Counted from the stretch's first letter, positions 10,932-19,361 are shown. The stretch: DNA of 64,000 nucleotides from Roseibacillus sp. (GCA_051251855.1 JBPOGI010000006.1:96001-160000); one strand, 5' to 3'. A program made the numbers and translations. Notes: a model not told the origin generated them from the sequence alone.

Positions 10932-11426
10932 TCAATCTTGGAGCGGTTCATCAGGGAGGTATTCATGCCACTCGTCCGATTCCGCGACGCGCTTAATGAC
11001 CTTGTTGCGCTCCGCCAAGAAACGGCGGAGGTAGGCAGTGAGGAAAGAGTTTTCAATAAACCATCCGATGGGGCCACCGCGTGATTTGTAGTCAAACTCG
11101 TCGGTCATGGTGGTGACACCCTCGTCGTTGGTCTCGTAGCGGTGGAGGTGTTTCATGCGGGCAAAGGCCCCGCTGACCATCTCGTCCGTGAAGTGTTTGG
11201 GCCGCTCCATGGCGACGATGCGCACCTGCAGAGATTGTCGAAAACCAAAGTGAGAGCCTTCCCAAGTCACTTCTTCTCCGTCCTCAATCAATCCATCGGT
11301 GCGGCCTCCGACGGCCCGCTCGCTGGTTTCCCCAGCGCTCTTGAGGTGTAAGTCAATGCTACGAGAAAGGTCGAAGACCCGCTCGACGGGGGCCTTGATC
11401 CGGGTGGTGAGAACGATGAGTGGCAA
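10932..11426 (-). CDS. SRPBCC family protein
   Basis: APVERVFDLSRSIDLH, FTDEMVSGAF..MKHLH. Confidence 0.85.
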   Translation of the reverse strand: MPLIVLTTRIKAPVERVFDLSRSIDLHLKSAGETSERAVGGRTDGLIEDGEEVTWEGSHFGFRQSLQVRIVAMERPKHFTDEMVSGAFARMKHLHRYETNDEGVTTMTDEFDYKSRGGPIGWFIENSFLTAYLRRFLAERNKVIKRVAESDEWHEYLPDEPLQD

Positions 11427-11508
11427 AGTGCTGACGAAGCTACCTGCTCGACCTCGGGCGCGCCAGAATTACTTCGGACGCGCAGTCGAAAAAATTCGTC
11501 TCTTCTTC

Positions 11509-11826
11509 CTAGGACTCACGTTCTTGAACAACTGGTAGAACGGGAGCGACCTGTTCTTTCATCTCCTTGCCGGGCTTGAACTTGACGACGGCACGGGGAG
11601 GAATGGGTACATCTTTGCTGGGATCCTTCGGGTTACGACCGACCTTAGCCTTGGTTACCTTTACCTCGAAAGTGCCAAAATTACGCATGACAACGGTGTC
11701 CCCTTTGGCGAGGTCGCTGGTGATTTCGTCGAGTGTCTTTTGAACAACGTCGAAGACTTGCTGCTGAGTAAGACCAGTTAAATTGCTAATACGATTGACG
11801 AGGTCGCGTTTGGTGACGGTAGGCAT
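11509..11826 (-). CDS. HU/IHF family DNA-binding protein
   Basis: TKRDLV, NFGTFEV, GRNPK, VKFKPGK. Confidence 0.95.
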   Translation of the reverse strand: MPTVTKRDLVNRISNLTGLTQQQVFDVVQKTLDEITSDLAKGDTVVMRNFGTFEVKVTKAKVGRNPKDPSKDVPIPPRAVVKFKPGKEMKEQVAPVLPVVQERES

Positions 11827-12023
11827 GGTGGAGGCAATTAGTTTTGTTAGAGGTTAAGGAAATGTTCTTCAGTTTCGCAATTGCGCAACAGATGACTGGG
11901 TTTTTCTGTGCTCGAAGATGCTAAACACCTGTCTAGCAATTTCTATGCCGAAACCAACTTGAAAACCGGTTCTTAGTCAATGGAGAAACGGTAAAACGCA
12001 TCGATTGAGAGAGCAGCGATTAC

Positions 12024-13085
12024 TTGTTCTTGTTCCAGAGGGGGTGGAGGTCAGACTTGGGTGTGCTCAAGCCTGATTGTTCTCTAAATGCGCTCGTCGA
12101 TAGTGCGAGGTTTCAGTCTCATTTGAGGGTGTGGTTTGAGGGCGAAGGGCAGAGCCACCCTTGGCGGGAGACCGCAGAGCCGTGGGCGATTCTAGTGTCT
12201 GAGGTCATGCTGCAGCAGACGACTGTGGGGGCGGTTCGCGCGGGCCGGAGGTTCGAAAGATTTATAGAGGAGTTCCCGACTATTGAGGCGATCTCCTCCG
12301 CTTCAGAAGAACAAATTCTTAAAGCTTGGGAAGGTTTGGGCTACTACTATCGTGTTAGGAATCTCCAAAAGACTGCTCAAACAGTTATCTCAGAGTGGGG
12401 AGGAAAGTTTCCAAAAACAGTATCTGAAATCGAAACCCTGCCTGGAGTGGGGCCCTACACCGCGGGAGCGCTTGCTAGCTTTGCATTTAATTGCGCTGCC
12501 CCCATCGTTGACGGCAACGTAGCTCGGGTCTTTTCGAGAATCTTCGACGATAAAACCGAGGTGGATTCCACCAAGGGTATCCAGCAGCTCTGGCGCTGGG
12601 CGGATCAATTATTGGATACGGAGAATCCTCGTATCTACAATTCGGCATTAATGGAGGTGGGGCAGGTTTATTGTCGCCCCCGCAAGCCCGATTGCTTGAA
12701 GTGTCCCATTGCAGAATTCTGTCAAACGCGAGAGCCGGAGGAGTTGCCTCGTAAGAAGCCAAAGACGAAGACTGTCAAAGTGGTAGAGCATGCTTTGTTG
12801 GCCAAGCGGCAAGGGCAGATCCTTCTCGCCAAGGAGGAGGGATCGCGACGTAAGGGATTTTATCGCTTACCTCTTCGGAGTGCAGAGGAGGTTGCTGACT
12901 TGGAGCTGTTAGAAACGAGCAAATACGCTATCACCAAGCACCGTGTGACCTTGCATCTCTATCAGGCTACGGGTAATTTGGCGGAAGGGGTGAAGAAGGA
13001 AGAGGCCTGGTTCGATTTGAGTGAAGTAGAAATACTGCCCATGCCTTCTCCTGTTAGAAAAGCATTGGAGCGCGTTCTCGCCTAA
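12024..13085 (+). CDS. mutY: A/G-specific adenine glycosylase
   Basis: VSEVMLQQT, WEGLGYY, LPGVGPYTA HhH, VDGNVARV, CX6CX2CX5C; start uncertain. Confidence 0.92.
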   Translation: MFLFQRGWRSDLGVLKPDCSLNALVDSARFQSHLRVWFEGEGQSHPWRETAEPWAILVSEVMLQQTTVGAVRAGRRFERFIEEFPTIEAISSASEEQILKAWEGLGYYYRVRNLQKTAQTVISEWGGKFPKTVSEIETLPGVGPYTAGALASFAFNCAAPIVDGNVARVFSRIFDDKTEVDSTKGIQQLWRWADQLLDTENPRIYNSALMEVGQVYCRPRKPDCLKCPIAEFCQTREPEELPRKKPKTKTVKVVEHALLAKRQGQILLAKEEGSRRKGFYRLPLRSAEEVADLELLETSKYAITKHRVTLHLYQATGNLAEGVKKEEAWFDLSEVEILPMPSPVRKALERVLA

Positions 13086-13175
13086 GGTCAGCAGGCACGC
13101 GGATACCTAGCGGAGGTCATGAAAAAGGGCGAACGTTTGCCCGTTCGCCCTTTTGAGGAAAGTTGTTCGAGAGAG

Positions 13176-13670
13176 TTAAGATAAGCCTTTGAGGGTCTCT
13201 TTGATTTTGTCGAAGTCGGGCATGTCCTTAGGATGCTCCTGAGCTTCGGAGTATTGAATGACGCCGGCCTTATCGATGACGAAGGCAGAGCGCTTGGGCA
13301 CGCCGCCCATGATGAGATTGGCGTCGGGCAGGAAGCTTTCGTAAGCCACTCCATAGTCTGCGGTGGTTTTGTGCTCGTAGTCAGAGACGAGAGTGAGCTT
13401 GATGCCTTCTTTCTTCGCCCATTCTGCCTGTGCGAAAGGGTTGTCACCGGAAATACCGATGACGGTGGCGTCAAGGCTGGCGTATTCGTCGAGCTCGTTG
13501 GTCACGGAGCAGAACTCAGTGGTGCAGCCGCCAGTGAAGGCCATGGGCACGAAAAGGAGAACGAGATTGGTCTTTCCGATGTGCTCGGAAAGCTTGAAGA
13601 GTTCAGGGCCTTCCGCGCCGAGAGTGACGAGGGTGAAATCGGGAGCTTTGGTTCCAGTGGAGAGTGCCAT
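13176..13670 (-). CDS. peroxiredoxin (AhpC/TSA/redoxin family)
   Basis: APDFTL, PMAFTGGCTTEFC; real start taken as ATG 13670. Confidence 0.9.
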   Translation of the reverse strand: MALSTGTKAPDFTLVTLGAEGPELFKLSEHIGKTNLVLLFVPMAFTGGCTTEFCSVTNELDEYASLDATVIGISGDNPFAQAEWAKKEGIKLTLVSDYEHKTTADYGVAYESFLPDANLIMGGVPKRSAFVIDKAGVIQYSEAQEHPKDMPDFDKIKETLKGLS

Positions 13671-13754
13671 AATAATATTGGTTTCGGTTACGGTGCGCAC
13701 TTTAGGCAGGGAGATGAGTTTGCCAAGTGGGAAGAGACCCATTAAGGAAATGGT

Positions 13755-15044
13755 GTGAGTAGTGAGCAGAATCCCCCCTTGAATTTCGAATGGTCGGAAT
13801 TTGGTCAACGCCTGAGCCAAGGGAGTGGCATCGGGGAGCTCATGACGAATTTGGGTGAAGCGCTGGCGGGCGGGGGTGATGTCAAGATGCTGGGAGGGGG
13901 GCAGCCAGCTCATATTCCTGAGATCGAAGCGGTTTGGCAGCGGCGGTGGCGGGAGCTTGAGGAGGCGGGCGAGCTCCGGAAAGTGCTTGGAAGTTATGAA
14001 GCACCGGCGGGAAACATGGATTTTCGGAAGACTCTCGCAGAGATGTTGCAGCGTGAGTTTGGTTGGGAGGTCGACCCAGAGAACGTTGCGGTGACTGCTG
14101 GTGGGCAGACTGCCTTCTTTTTCCTCTTTAATGCTCTGGCAGGGAAAATGCCGGATGGAAGTCAGCGGAAAATCCTGCTTCCTCTCGTTCCGGAGTATAT
14201 TGGATATGCGGATCAATCGGTGGCAGGGGACCTTTTTCGGGTCTTTCGCCCCAAAATTGAAAAGACGGGTCCACACGAGTTTAAGTACGGCATCGACTTC
14301 GAGGCCCTGAAGGTGGAGGAGGATATCGCCGCCATTTGTGTCTCAAGGCCTACCAATCCCTCGGGAAATCTCTTGCTGGATGATGAGATTGCCCGCTTGC
14401 GGCAGCTTGCGGGGGAGCATGGGATCCCGTTTATTATCGACAATGCCTACGGAGCGCCTTTTCCGAATATCATCTTTGGCGAGGCGACTCCGGTTTGGGG
14501 CGAGGACCTTATTGTCACGATGAGTCTTTCCAAGCTGGGGCTGCCGGGCACACGGACCGGGATCGTGGTGGCCCACCCTGAGATTGCGCGCGCTATTTCT
14601 GAGATGACCGGAATCGTTGGGCTTGCAAACGGCAATGTGGGGCAGGCAATTGTGGAACCCTTGTTAGAGAGCGGGGAACTCCTGAGGCTTTCCAATGAGG
14701 TAATGCGCCCGTTCTACCGCAAGAAGTCACAGCAGGCTCTGGAGTGGGTCGCGGAGTTCTTTCCGGATGAGATGAACTACTTTGTTCATCGCAGCGAGGG
14801 CGCGCTCTTCTTGTGGTTCTGGTTCGAGGGGCTGCCGATTTCATCTAAGGAACTCTACGAACGCTGCAAGGCGCGTGGCGTATTGGTGGTGCCTGGGGAG
14901 TATTTCTTCTTTGAAGAGGAAAAAGACTGGTCCCATGGGCGAGAGTGTATTCGGGTGACCTTCACCATGGATGAGGAGACGGTGCGAGAGGGGATTCGCA
15001 TTATCGCCGAAGAAGCCAAAGCCGCCTACCAACTTGAGTCATGA
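13755..15044 (+). CDS. avtA: valine--pyruvate transaminase
   Basis: MLGGGQPAHIP, PEYIGY, SRPTNPSGN, IDNAYG.PFP, SLSKLGLPG.R. Confidence 0.9.
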   Translation: MSSEQNPPLNFEWSEFGQRLSQGSGIGELMTNLGEALAGGGDVKMLGGGQPAHIPEIEAVWQRRWRELEEAGELRKVLGSYEAPAGNMDFRKTLAEMLQREFGWEVDPENVAVTAGGQTAFFFLFNALAGKMPDGSQRKILLPLVPEYIGYADQSVAGDLFRVFRPKIEKTGPHEFKYGIDFEALKVEEDIAAICVSRPTNPSGNLLLDDEIARLRQLAGEHGIPFIIDNAYGAPFPNIIFGEATPVWGEDLIVTMSLSKLGLPGTRTGIVVAHPEIARAISEMTGIVGLANGNVGQAIVEPLLESGELLRLSNEVMRPFYRKKSQQALEWVAEFFPDEMNYFVHRSEGALFLWFWFEGLPISSKELYERCKARGVLVVPGEYFFFEEEKDWSHGRECIRVTFTMDEETVREGIRIIAEEAKAAYQLES

Positions 15045-16114
15045 AACCTGATACCGGAGCCCTCGTTCGAGCCATTGTCTATAGTGTGGCTTTAGTTTAC
15101 TTGTTCGTGGACTTGTTCGTTCTCAAAGGGCCGCTCTATCGAAGTGTGAAAGATGCCAATCCTCGCAGTGAGAAAGTGATTGCTGAGGAAACGGCGCGCG
15201 GAGTGGCGGCACGGGTCCGTTACCAGCCGATTCTCCTCACTCAAATCGACCGTGCGGTGGAAAAGCGGCTGTGGTCTCGTGGTAAAAGCGCGACAGGTTT
15301 GGAGGGAGAGCAGCTCAAGCAAGAACGTATGGCGGCGCTGAACGAGATGTTTCAGAAGCACCTCTTACGCATCAAGGTGAGGTTCAATGCGGCAGAGTTT
15401 CAGGTGAGCGATGAGGAAGTGGCCGCCGCCGTAAAAACGTTCAAAAAACGCTTCGCTAACGAGCAACTTCTCAAGGGAGCGATTGTCAATCAGGGTTGGG
15501 ACGGGGAAGAAGAGTTGGTTGCGCGCATCCGAGCCAAGCTAGAGCAGGAAGCCTATTTGCGGAAATATGTCGCCGTCGAGGTGACTGAGGAAGAGCTCCA
15601 GGCATACTATCAAGAGCATCGAGCTCGTTTCGCTCTCCCGGAAAGAATCCGAGCGAGGCATATCTTTTTTGCGGCGTTGGAGCATCCTGGAGGGGCCGCC
15701 TTGGCTTTGGCTCAGTCGGTTCGAGATGCCTTGCGAGAAGGTCGTGATTTTAACGAACTATCCGCTGAATATAGTGAAGACCCGGCCACCAAGGAGAAGG
15801 GCGGAGAGCTCGGTTGGATGAGTCGAGGCCGAATGCCAGAGGGTTTAGGGGAACAAGTGTTTCAAATGCAGCCTGGGGCGACGGAGGTTTTGGAGTCTGA
15901 TGTGGGGGCTCATGTATTCGAAGTTCAAGAGCGCAAGCCAGCACGCGAGCGAAGTTTCGAAGAGGTCAAAGATGAACTCGAAGAGGCGTTGTCGAATCAG
16001 CGGCGGGAAGAAGGAACGCAACAATACCTGCGAATTCTTCATCATCGTGATGCCAAAGAACTCGAGATATTTACCGAAGTTCTTGAGCGTCCATGGAGTC
16101 TAACAGATTCTTGA
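15041..16114 (+). CDS. parvulin/PpiC-type peptidylprolyl isomerase (SurA/PrsA-like)
   Basis: ARHIFF, YSEDPATKEKGGELGW; N-terminal TM. Confidence 0.85.
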   Translation: MKPDTGALVRAIVYSVALVYLFVDLFVLKGPLYRSVKDANPRSEKVIAEETARGVAARVRYQPILLTQIDRAVEKRLWSRGKSATGLEGEQLKQERMAALNEMFQKHLLRIKVRFNAAEFQVSDEEVAAAVKTFKKRFANEQLLKGAIVNQGWDGEEELVARIRAKLEQEAYLRKYVAVEVTEEELQAYYQEHRARFALPERIRARHIFFAALEHPGGAALALAQSVRDALREGRDFNELSAEYSEDPATKEKGGELGWMSRGRMPEGLGEQVFQMQPGATEVLESDVGAHVFEVQERKPARERSFEEVKDELEEALSNQRREEGTQQYLRILHHRDAKELEIFTEVLERPWSLTDS

Positions 16115-16183
16115 TGCTGGGGTGAGGGGGTGGCATCTCAAGGCAATGATTTTTTCTTAAGACAAAAAAGATGAAGAAAGGGG

Positions 16184-16210
16184 TTGACCCAAATCATATT
16201 AATCTATAAC
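16184..16210 (+). promoter_or_regulatory. candidate sigma70 promoter of the RNA locus
   Basis: TTGACC-N15-TATAAC; spacer is short. Confidence 0.4.
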
Positions 16211-16265
16211 TCTTCTCGAACGCCGCCGCAGGAGCGGTCAAACCAGAAGGAGGGAATTTTCCATC

Positions 16266-16493
16266 ATGAACGATTTAAGCCATATCAAAACCAACTCGCT
16301 CGCAGCGGCCCAAGTGCACTGTTATCGCGGGATGTCCGGTTCGTTGATTGGCGGCATAGATGGCCTCCGGATTCAACCGACAGGGAATGCAAATGCGTTG
16401 AGTGCAAGACTCAGCTGGGAGAATGGCTCCAAAGGGATGCCCGCATTTGGTACCGAACTGAGCGAGAATAAACTGGCAAGCAGGATTACGTAA
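16266..16493 (+). CDS. putative leader peptide (uORF) of attenuator
   Basis: AGGAGG upstream; last codons and stop lie inside the antiterminator stem. Confidence 0.55.
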   Translation: MNDLSHIKTNSLAAAQVHCYRGMSGSLIGGIDGLRIQPTGNANALSARLSWENGSKGMPAFGTELSENKLASRIT

Positions 16494-16552
16494 ATCACTG
16501 ATTCATAAGGATTTTTACGGCCCTGCTTCCCCCACGGAGGCAGGGCCTTTTT
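16475..16552 (+). promoter_or_regulatory. transcription attenuator (antiterminator + intrinsic terminator)
   Basis: Terminator GGCCCTGCTTCC/GGAGGCAGGGCC-TTTTT (16519-16552); competing stem AAGCAGG..CGTAA (16478-16493) pairs with TTACG..CCTGCTT (16515-16528). Confidence 0.7.
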
Positions 16553-16609
16553 GTATTTAACCATTTAGAAGAACCGAGAAATTGAAATAAGAACGAGAAA
16601 GGGAGAGCT

Positions 16610-17972
16610 CACCCAGGTTGTCGCAATTGCGATGACGACCTGCGATGCGCAGACCCTGAAAACGAATTTGAAAGACAGAACCTGAAAAAGAAGAACCGCC
16701 GCCAGCTGTAACTGGCGACGGCTCCGACAGCACCACCGGACGGAATCCGATGAATCAACTGCGCAAGATGATTCTATCTAAGATGATGTTTCGGTCAAGA
16801 AAGACTTAACTTCACAGATAAGTGAAGGCAGGGAATTCATGTGCTCATTTTCAGGCCCAAAAGGCTTGTTGGAAGATGTGCCAAAGGAAACATCGAAAGG
16901 TCCGCCGAGAAATCCCCGCGGCCACGGTTCGAGAGAACGGTGACGGTGTTTGTTCCTAGAAAATGAATGGAACAAGGACATTCCTGTCCTTGTTCTATTT
17001 TGGAAGGAGCAGGCCTTTGTGGTTTGCTCCTCTCCAAATCGAAGTTCTCTGGAGTTGGAGCACGTCTTACGTTGAGGCGTCGCATGCTCATGCTCACAGA
17101 GGATTTCGATTTGGAGTTATCTGAATGGCGGTCTGGCGTCATGAGATAGGCGTGTCGAAAGGCACGTAAAGGGGCAGCAACCCTGTCTGCCCGCCTTCTT
17201 CCCTTTGGGGAGAAGGACAACCAGACAAACCTAGTTCCAATGACTTCGCGGCCGGCAGCTGCGGAGTGATGCTGGAAGATGGGAGATGCTCCATTGCGGA
17301 CGGCAAGTGCTCAAGCAATGGTGGGTGTAGCAACCCACAGAGTCTTTACGCCAAACATCGACAGTTGAGAACGAAGGGGAGTCACCGAGTGCGAAGCTTA
17401 GCGGCCAAGAGCCCGGTGGCAGTCCAGTGGTGCGGGAAAGGAGACGAGTCTTTCAAACTCGAAACCTCTCCCTAGTCGCGAAGACCGTAACGTCTGTAGC
17501 AACGGACGGGACAAGAGGCGTGTGGAATTTTGTTGTTGAAAAGGCAACGGACCCACCGGACGCACGCGTCTCATAGAAGGGTATCGGATAGTACGAGAGG
17601 AAATCCACCAGACTTTAGATCTGTTCCAAACGCAAAGATGCGTCCTTGATTGTGTGAAAATGGCTTAAGCCCTGACCAAATTTTGGAATCAGGGTCTGAC
17701 GGGACTCGCAAGGTCCCCGAGGATTGATGGAATGCCGCACGGTGGAGTAGCTCTCCTTCATGGCCCAGCCGGGTCGACGGTAGGTTGAACATCGAGAAGC
17801 ACAGTCAGAAGGGAGTGCCGCCACTTCCTCACCAAAGGCAGTCAGGTAGGAATACAAAGGGTGGGCCTCTAGCGCCCTCCTTTGTGGAAGACTTGGGAAG
17901 GTGAGCCGTCGCTGGCTCGCGATAATCCAAGGCGAGTTCCTATGTGCGAGGGTGTCCTTCTCAACCCTTGCT
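16610..17972 (+). ncRNA. large structured ncRNA, GOLLD-like (boundaries approximate; may be more than one RNA)
   Basis: No credible ORF over ~1.3 kb; dense hairpins with G-U pairs and GNRA-type loops; lies immediately 5' of a tRNA array. Confidence 0.6.
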
Positions 17973-17991
17973 ATCTATTTTCTAACAATGT

Positions 17992-18067
17992 GGGAGCGCA
18001 TGTGCCAGAGGGGCGATGCTGCCTTGCAAGCAGCGTGTGGCGGGTGCAAGTCCCGTCACCTCCACCA
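17992..18067 (+). tRNA. tRNA-Ala(TGC), atypical
   Basis: GCTGC-CTTGCAA-GCAGC; G3:U70; T-loop TGCAAGT; ACCA; two acceptor mismatches. Confidence 0.75.
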
Positions 18068-18075
18068 ATTTTTCT

Positions 18076-18151
18076 AGCGGGGAGAGTGTTGGTATCTCAA
18101 GAGGGTCTCATACGCCCTCGTCCGTGGGTTCGATTCCCACCTCCGCAACCA
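18076..18151 (+). tRNA. tRNA-Met(CAT), initiator-like (1:72 mismatch)
   Basis: AGGGT-CTCATAC-GCCCT; GTGGG-TTCGATT-CCCAC; ACCA. Confidence 0.8.
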
Positions 18152-18160
18152 TTTCTAAGG

Positions 18161-18234
18161 GGCGCGCAAACATTATGGTGATGTGCCTGACCTCCAATCA
18201 GGAAAACGGAGTTCGAGTCTCCGGCGTGCTACCA
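18161..18234 (+). tRNA. tRNA with TCC anticodon (Gly-like; C33 and A73 atypical, identity uncertain)
   Basis: GGCGCGC/GCGTGCT acceptor; CCTGA-CCTCCAA-TCAGG; TTCGAGT; ACCA. Confidence 0.65.
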
Positions 18235-18244
18235 ATTTTTCAAA

Positions 18245-18318
18245 GGTCCATTGATGTAAAAGTAGCCTCCCTGTCTGTCGAACAGGTTGAGCCGGAGCAT
18301 TACCGGCATGGACCGCCA
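18245..18318 (+). tRNA. tRNA-Asp(GTC), atypical T-loop
   Basis: GGTCCAT/ATGGACC; CCTGT-CTGTCGA-ACAGG; GCCGG-AGCATTA-CCGGC; GCCA. Confidence 0.8.
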
Positions 18319-18327
18319 TTTTCAAGT

Positions 18328-18404
18328 GGGGACCATGGTGTAACGAGTAAGCATCCGGCACTGTGAACGCCGCGGAATGGGTGCAAGTCCCATTGGTCCC
18401 CCCA
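18328..18404 (+). tRNA. tRNA-His(GTG)
   Basis: G-1:C73; loop CTGTGAA; T-loop TGCAAGT; CCA. Confidence 0.85.
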
Positions 18405-18415
18405 ACTTTTGGAAA

Positions 18416-18491
18416 TGTCCTCGACGGAGCTAGTGAACCGGACGGTTTGCAAAACCGATCATGCGGGGGGCGGAACCCCGGAGGACATCCA
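18416..18491 (+). tRNA. tRNA-Cys(GCA), atypical T-loop
   Basis: TGTCCTC/GAGGACA, U73, CCA; CGGT-TTGCAAA-ACCG; T-loop GGCGGAA. Confidence 0.75.
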
Positions 18492-18502
18492 TCTTTCTAA
18501 AT

Positions 18503-18575
18503 TCCAGCGTGGCGGAAAATCGCGCCGCTCTTGTAAAGCGGATGATGCAGGCAACCAGTCCTGTCGCTGGATCCA
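18503..18575 (+). tRNA. tRNA-Thr(TGT), atypical
   Basis: TCCAGCG/CGCTGGA; CCGCT-CTTGTAA-AGCGG; 8-nt T-loop CAACCAGT; TCCA. Confidence 0.7.
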
Positions 18576-18585
18576 ATTTGACAAT

Positions 18586-18660
18586 TCTTCTGTCGTCCAA
18601 AGGCGAGGACACCAGGCTACGAACCTGGAGATGCGAGTTCGAGTCTCGCCGGAAGTACCA
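18586..18660 (+). tRNA. tRNA-Arg(ACG)
   Basis: CCAGG-CTACGAA-CCTGG; GCGAG-TTCGAGT-CTCGC; ACCA. Confidence 0.85.
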
Positions 18661-18673
18661 TTCTCATGAGAAC

Positions 18674-18747
18674 GCGGGCTTGGTGTAAAAGAAGCACATC
18701 TGTTTTACATGCAGATCGAGGGGGTGCGATACCTCCAGCCCGTACCA
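18674..18747 (+). tRNA. tRNA-Val(TAC)
   Basis: GCGGGCT/AGCCCGT; TCTGT-TTTACAT-GCAGA; T-loop TGCGATA; ACCA. Confidence 0.8.
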
Positions 18748-18753
18748 ACTTTC

Positions 18754-18841
18754 ACGAAGTGTTCCCACCACGGTCTTCTAAGCCGTCGACGATAAACTGT
18801 GGGCAGGATGTCGAGGGGTTCGAGTCCTCCACTTCGTTCCA
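18754..18841 (+). tRNA. tRNA-like RNA with TCT (Arg) anticodon: no D arm, 8/4 acceptor/T stems, large variable region
   Basis: ACGAAGTG/CACTTCGT-T-CCA; ACGGT-CTTCTAA-GCCGT begins only 8 nt after the acceptor; GGGG-TTCGAGT-CCTC. Confidence 0.65.
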
Positions 18842-18846
18842 TTTTT

Positions 18847-18919
18847 GCCTGCGTAGCCCAACGGAAGAGGCGCCCGGCTTAGAACCGGTTCAGTGTGGGT
18901 TCGACTCCCTCCGCAGGTA
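18847..18919 (+). tRNA. tRNA-Leu(TAG), short variable loop, CCA not encoded
   Basis: GCCTGCG/CGCAGGT; CCGG-CTTAGAA-CCGG; TTCGACT. Confidence 0.8.
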
Positions 18920-18928
18920 CTTTTCTAA

Positions 18929-19002
18929 TTCCATGTAGCCCAACTGGTAGAGGCTCTCGACTTAAGATCGAGCAAGTGTCAGTTCGACTCTGACCATGGA
19001 AA
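18929..19002 (+). tRNA. tRNA-Leu(TAA), short variable loop, CCA not encoded
   Basis: TTCCATG/CATGGAA; CTCGA-CTTAAGA-TCGAG; GTCAG-TTCGACT-CTGAC. Confidence 0.8.
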
Positions 19003-19008
19003 TTTTCA

Positions 19009-19098
19009 GGAGTTCGAACCGGACAAGCGAGCCGGTCGCGTTTGCTAAACGCTGAGTTGCCATTTGGTAAAGGGGTGCAAGTCCTCCGAGCTCCGCCG
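19009..19098 (+). tRNA. tRNA-Ser(GCT), 8/4-type
   Basis: GGAGTTCG/CGAGCTCC, G73; GCGT-TTGCTAA-ACGC; long variable arm; 4-bp T stem; ends CCG. Confidence 0.75.
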
Positions 19099-19105
19099 TT
19101 TTTTA

Positions 19106-19193
19106 GGAGGGTGCCGCTAAGTGGCTGGCAACTGGTCTTGAAAACCAGGGTAGGCATTGCGTCCTAGGGGTTCGATTCCTCCACCCTCCGCCA
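19106..19193 (+). tRNA. tRNA-Ser(TGA), 8/4-type
   Basis: GGAGGGTG/CACCCTCC-GCCA; CTGGT-CTTGAAA-ACCAG; long variable arm; GGGG-TTCGATT-CCTC. Confidence 0.85.
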
Positions 19194-19196
19194 ATC

Positions 19197-19271
19197 ATCC
19201 CAGTCGTCTAATTGGTAAGACGCCCCGCGCCGAGCGGGGAGATGCCGCTTCGAAGTCGGCCGGGGAATCCC
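19197..19271 (+). tRNA. degenerate tRNA-Arg(CCG)-like
   Basis: Canonical D arm GTCT-AATTGGTA-AGAC; CCCCG-CGCCGAG-CGGGG (G33); weak acceptor; ends TCCC. Confidence 0.55.
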
Positions 19272-19277
19272 TTTTCT

Positions 19278-19352
19278 GGGTCTGTAGCTCAATTGGTAGA
19301 GCAACCGGTTTTTACCCGGTCGATGCGGGTTCGAGACCCGACAGACCCACCA
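19278..19352 (+). tRNA. tRNA-Lys(TTT)
   Basis: GGGTCTG/CAGACCC-ACCA; ACCGG-TTTTTAC-CCGGT; TTCGAGA. Confidence 0.9.
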
Positions 19353-19361
19353 ATTTTCAAC

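Noticed and set aside
13671..14276. N-terminal extension of the peroxiredoxin ORF (also extensions of ORFs at 19655, 29785, 36958, 42196, 45548)
   Set aside because: Extensions overlap neighbouring genes or RNAs and lack homology-like motifs; downstream ATGs chosen
18847..19193. Nonsense-suppressor or Sec tRNAs (anticodons read TAG, TAA, TGA)
   Set aside because: These anticodons decode CUA, UUA (Leu) and UCA (Ser); suppressors would need CTA, TTA or TCA
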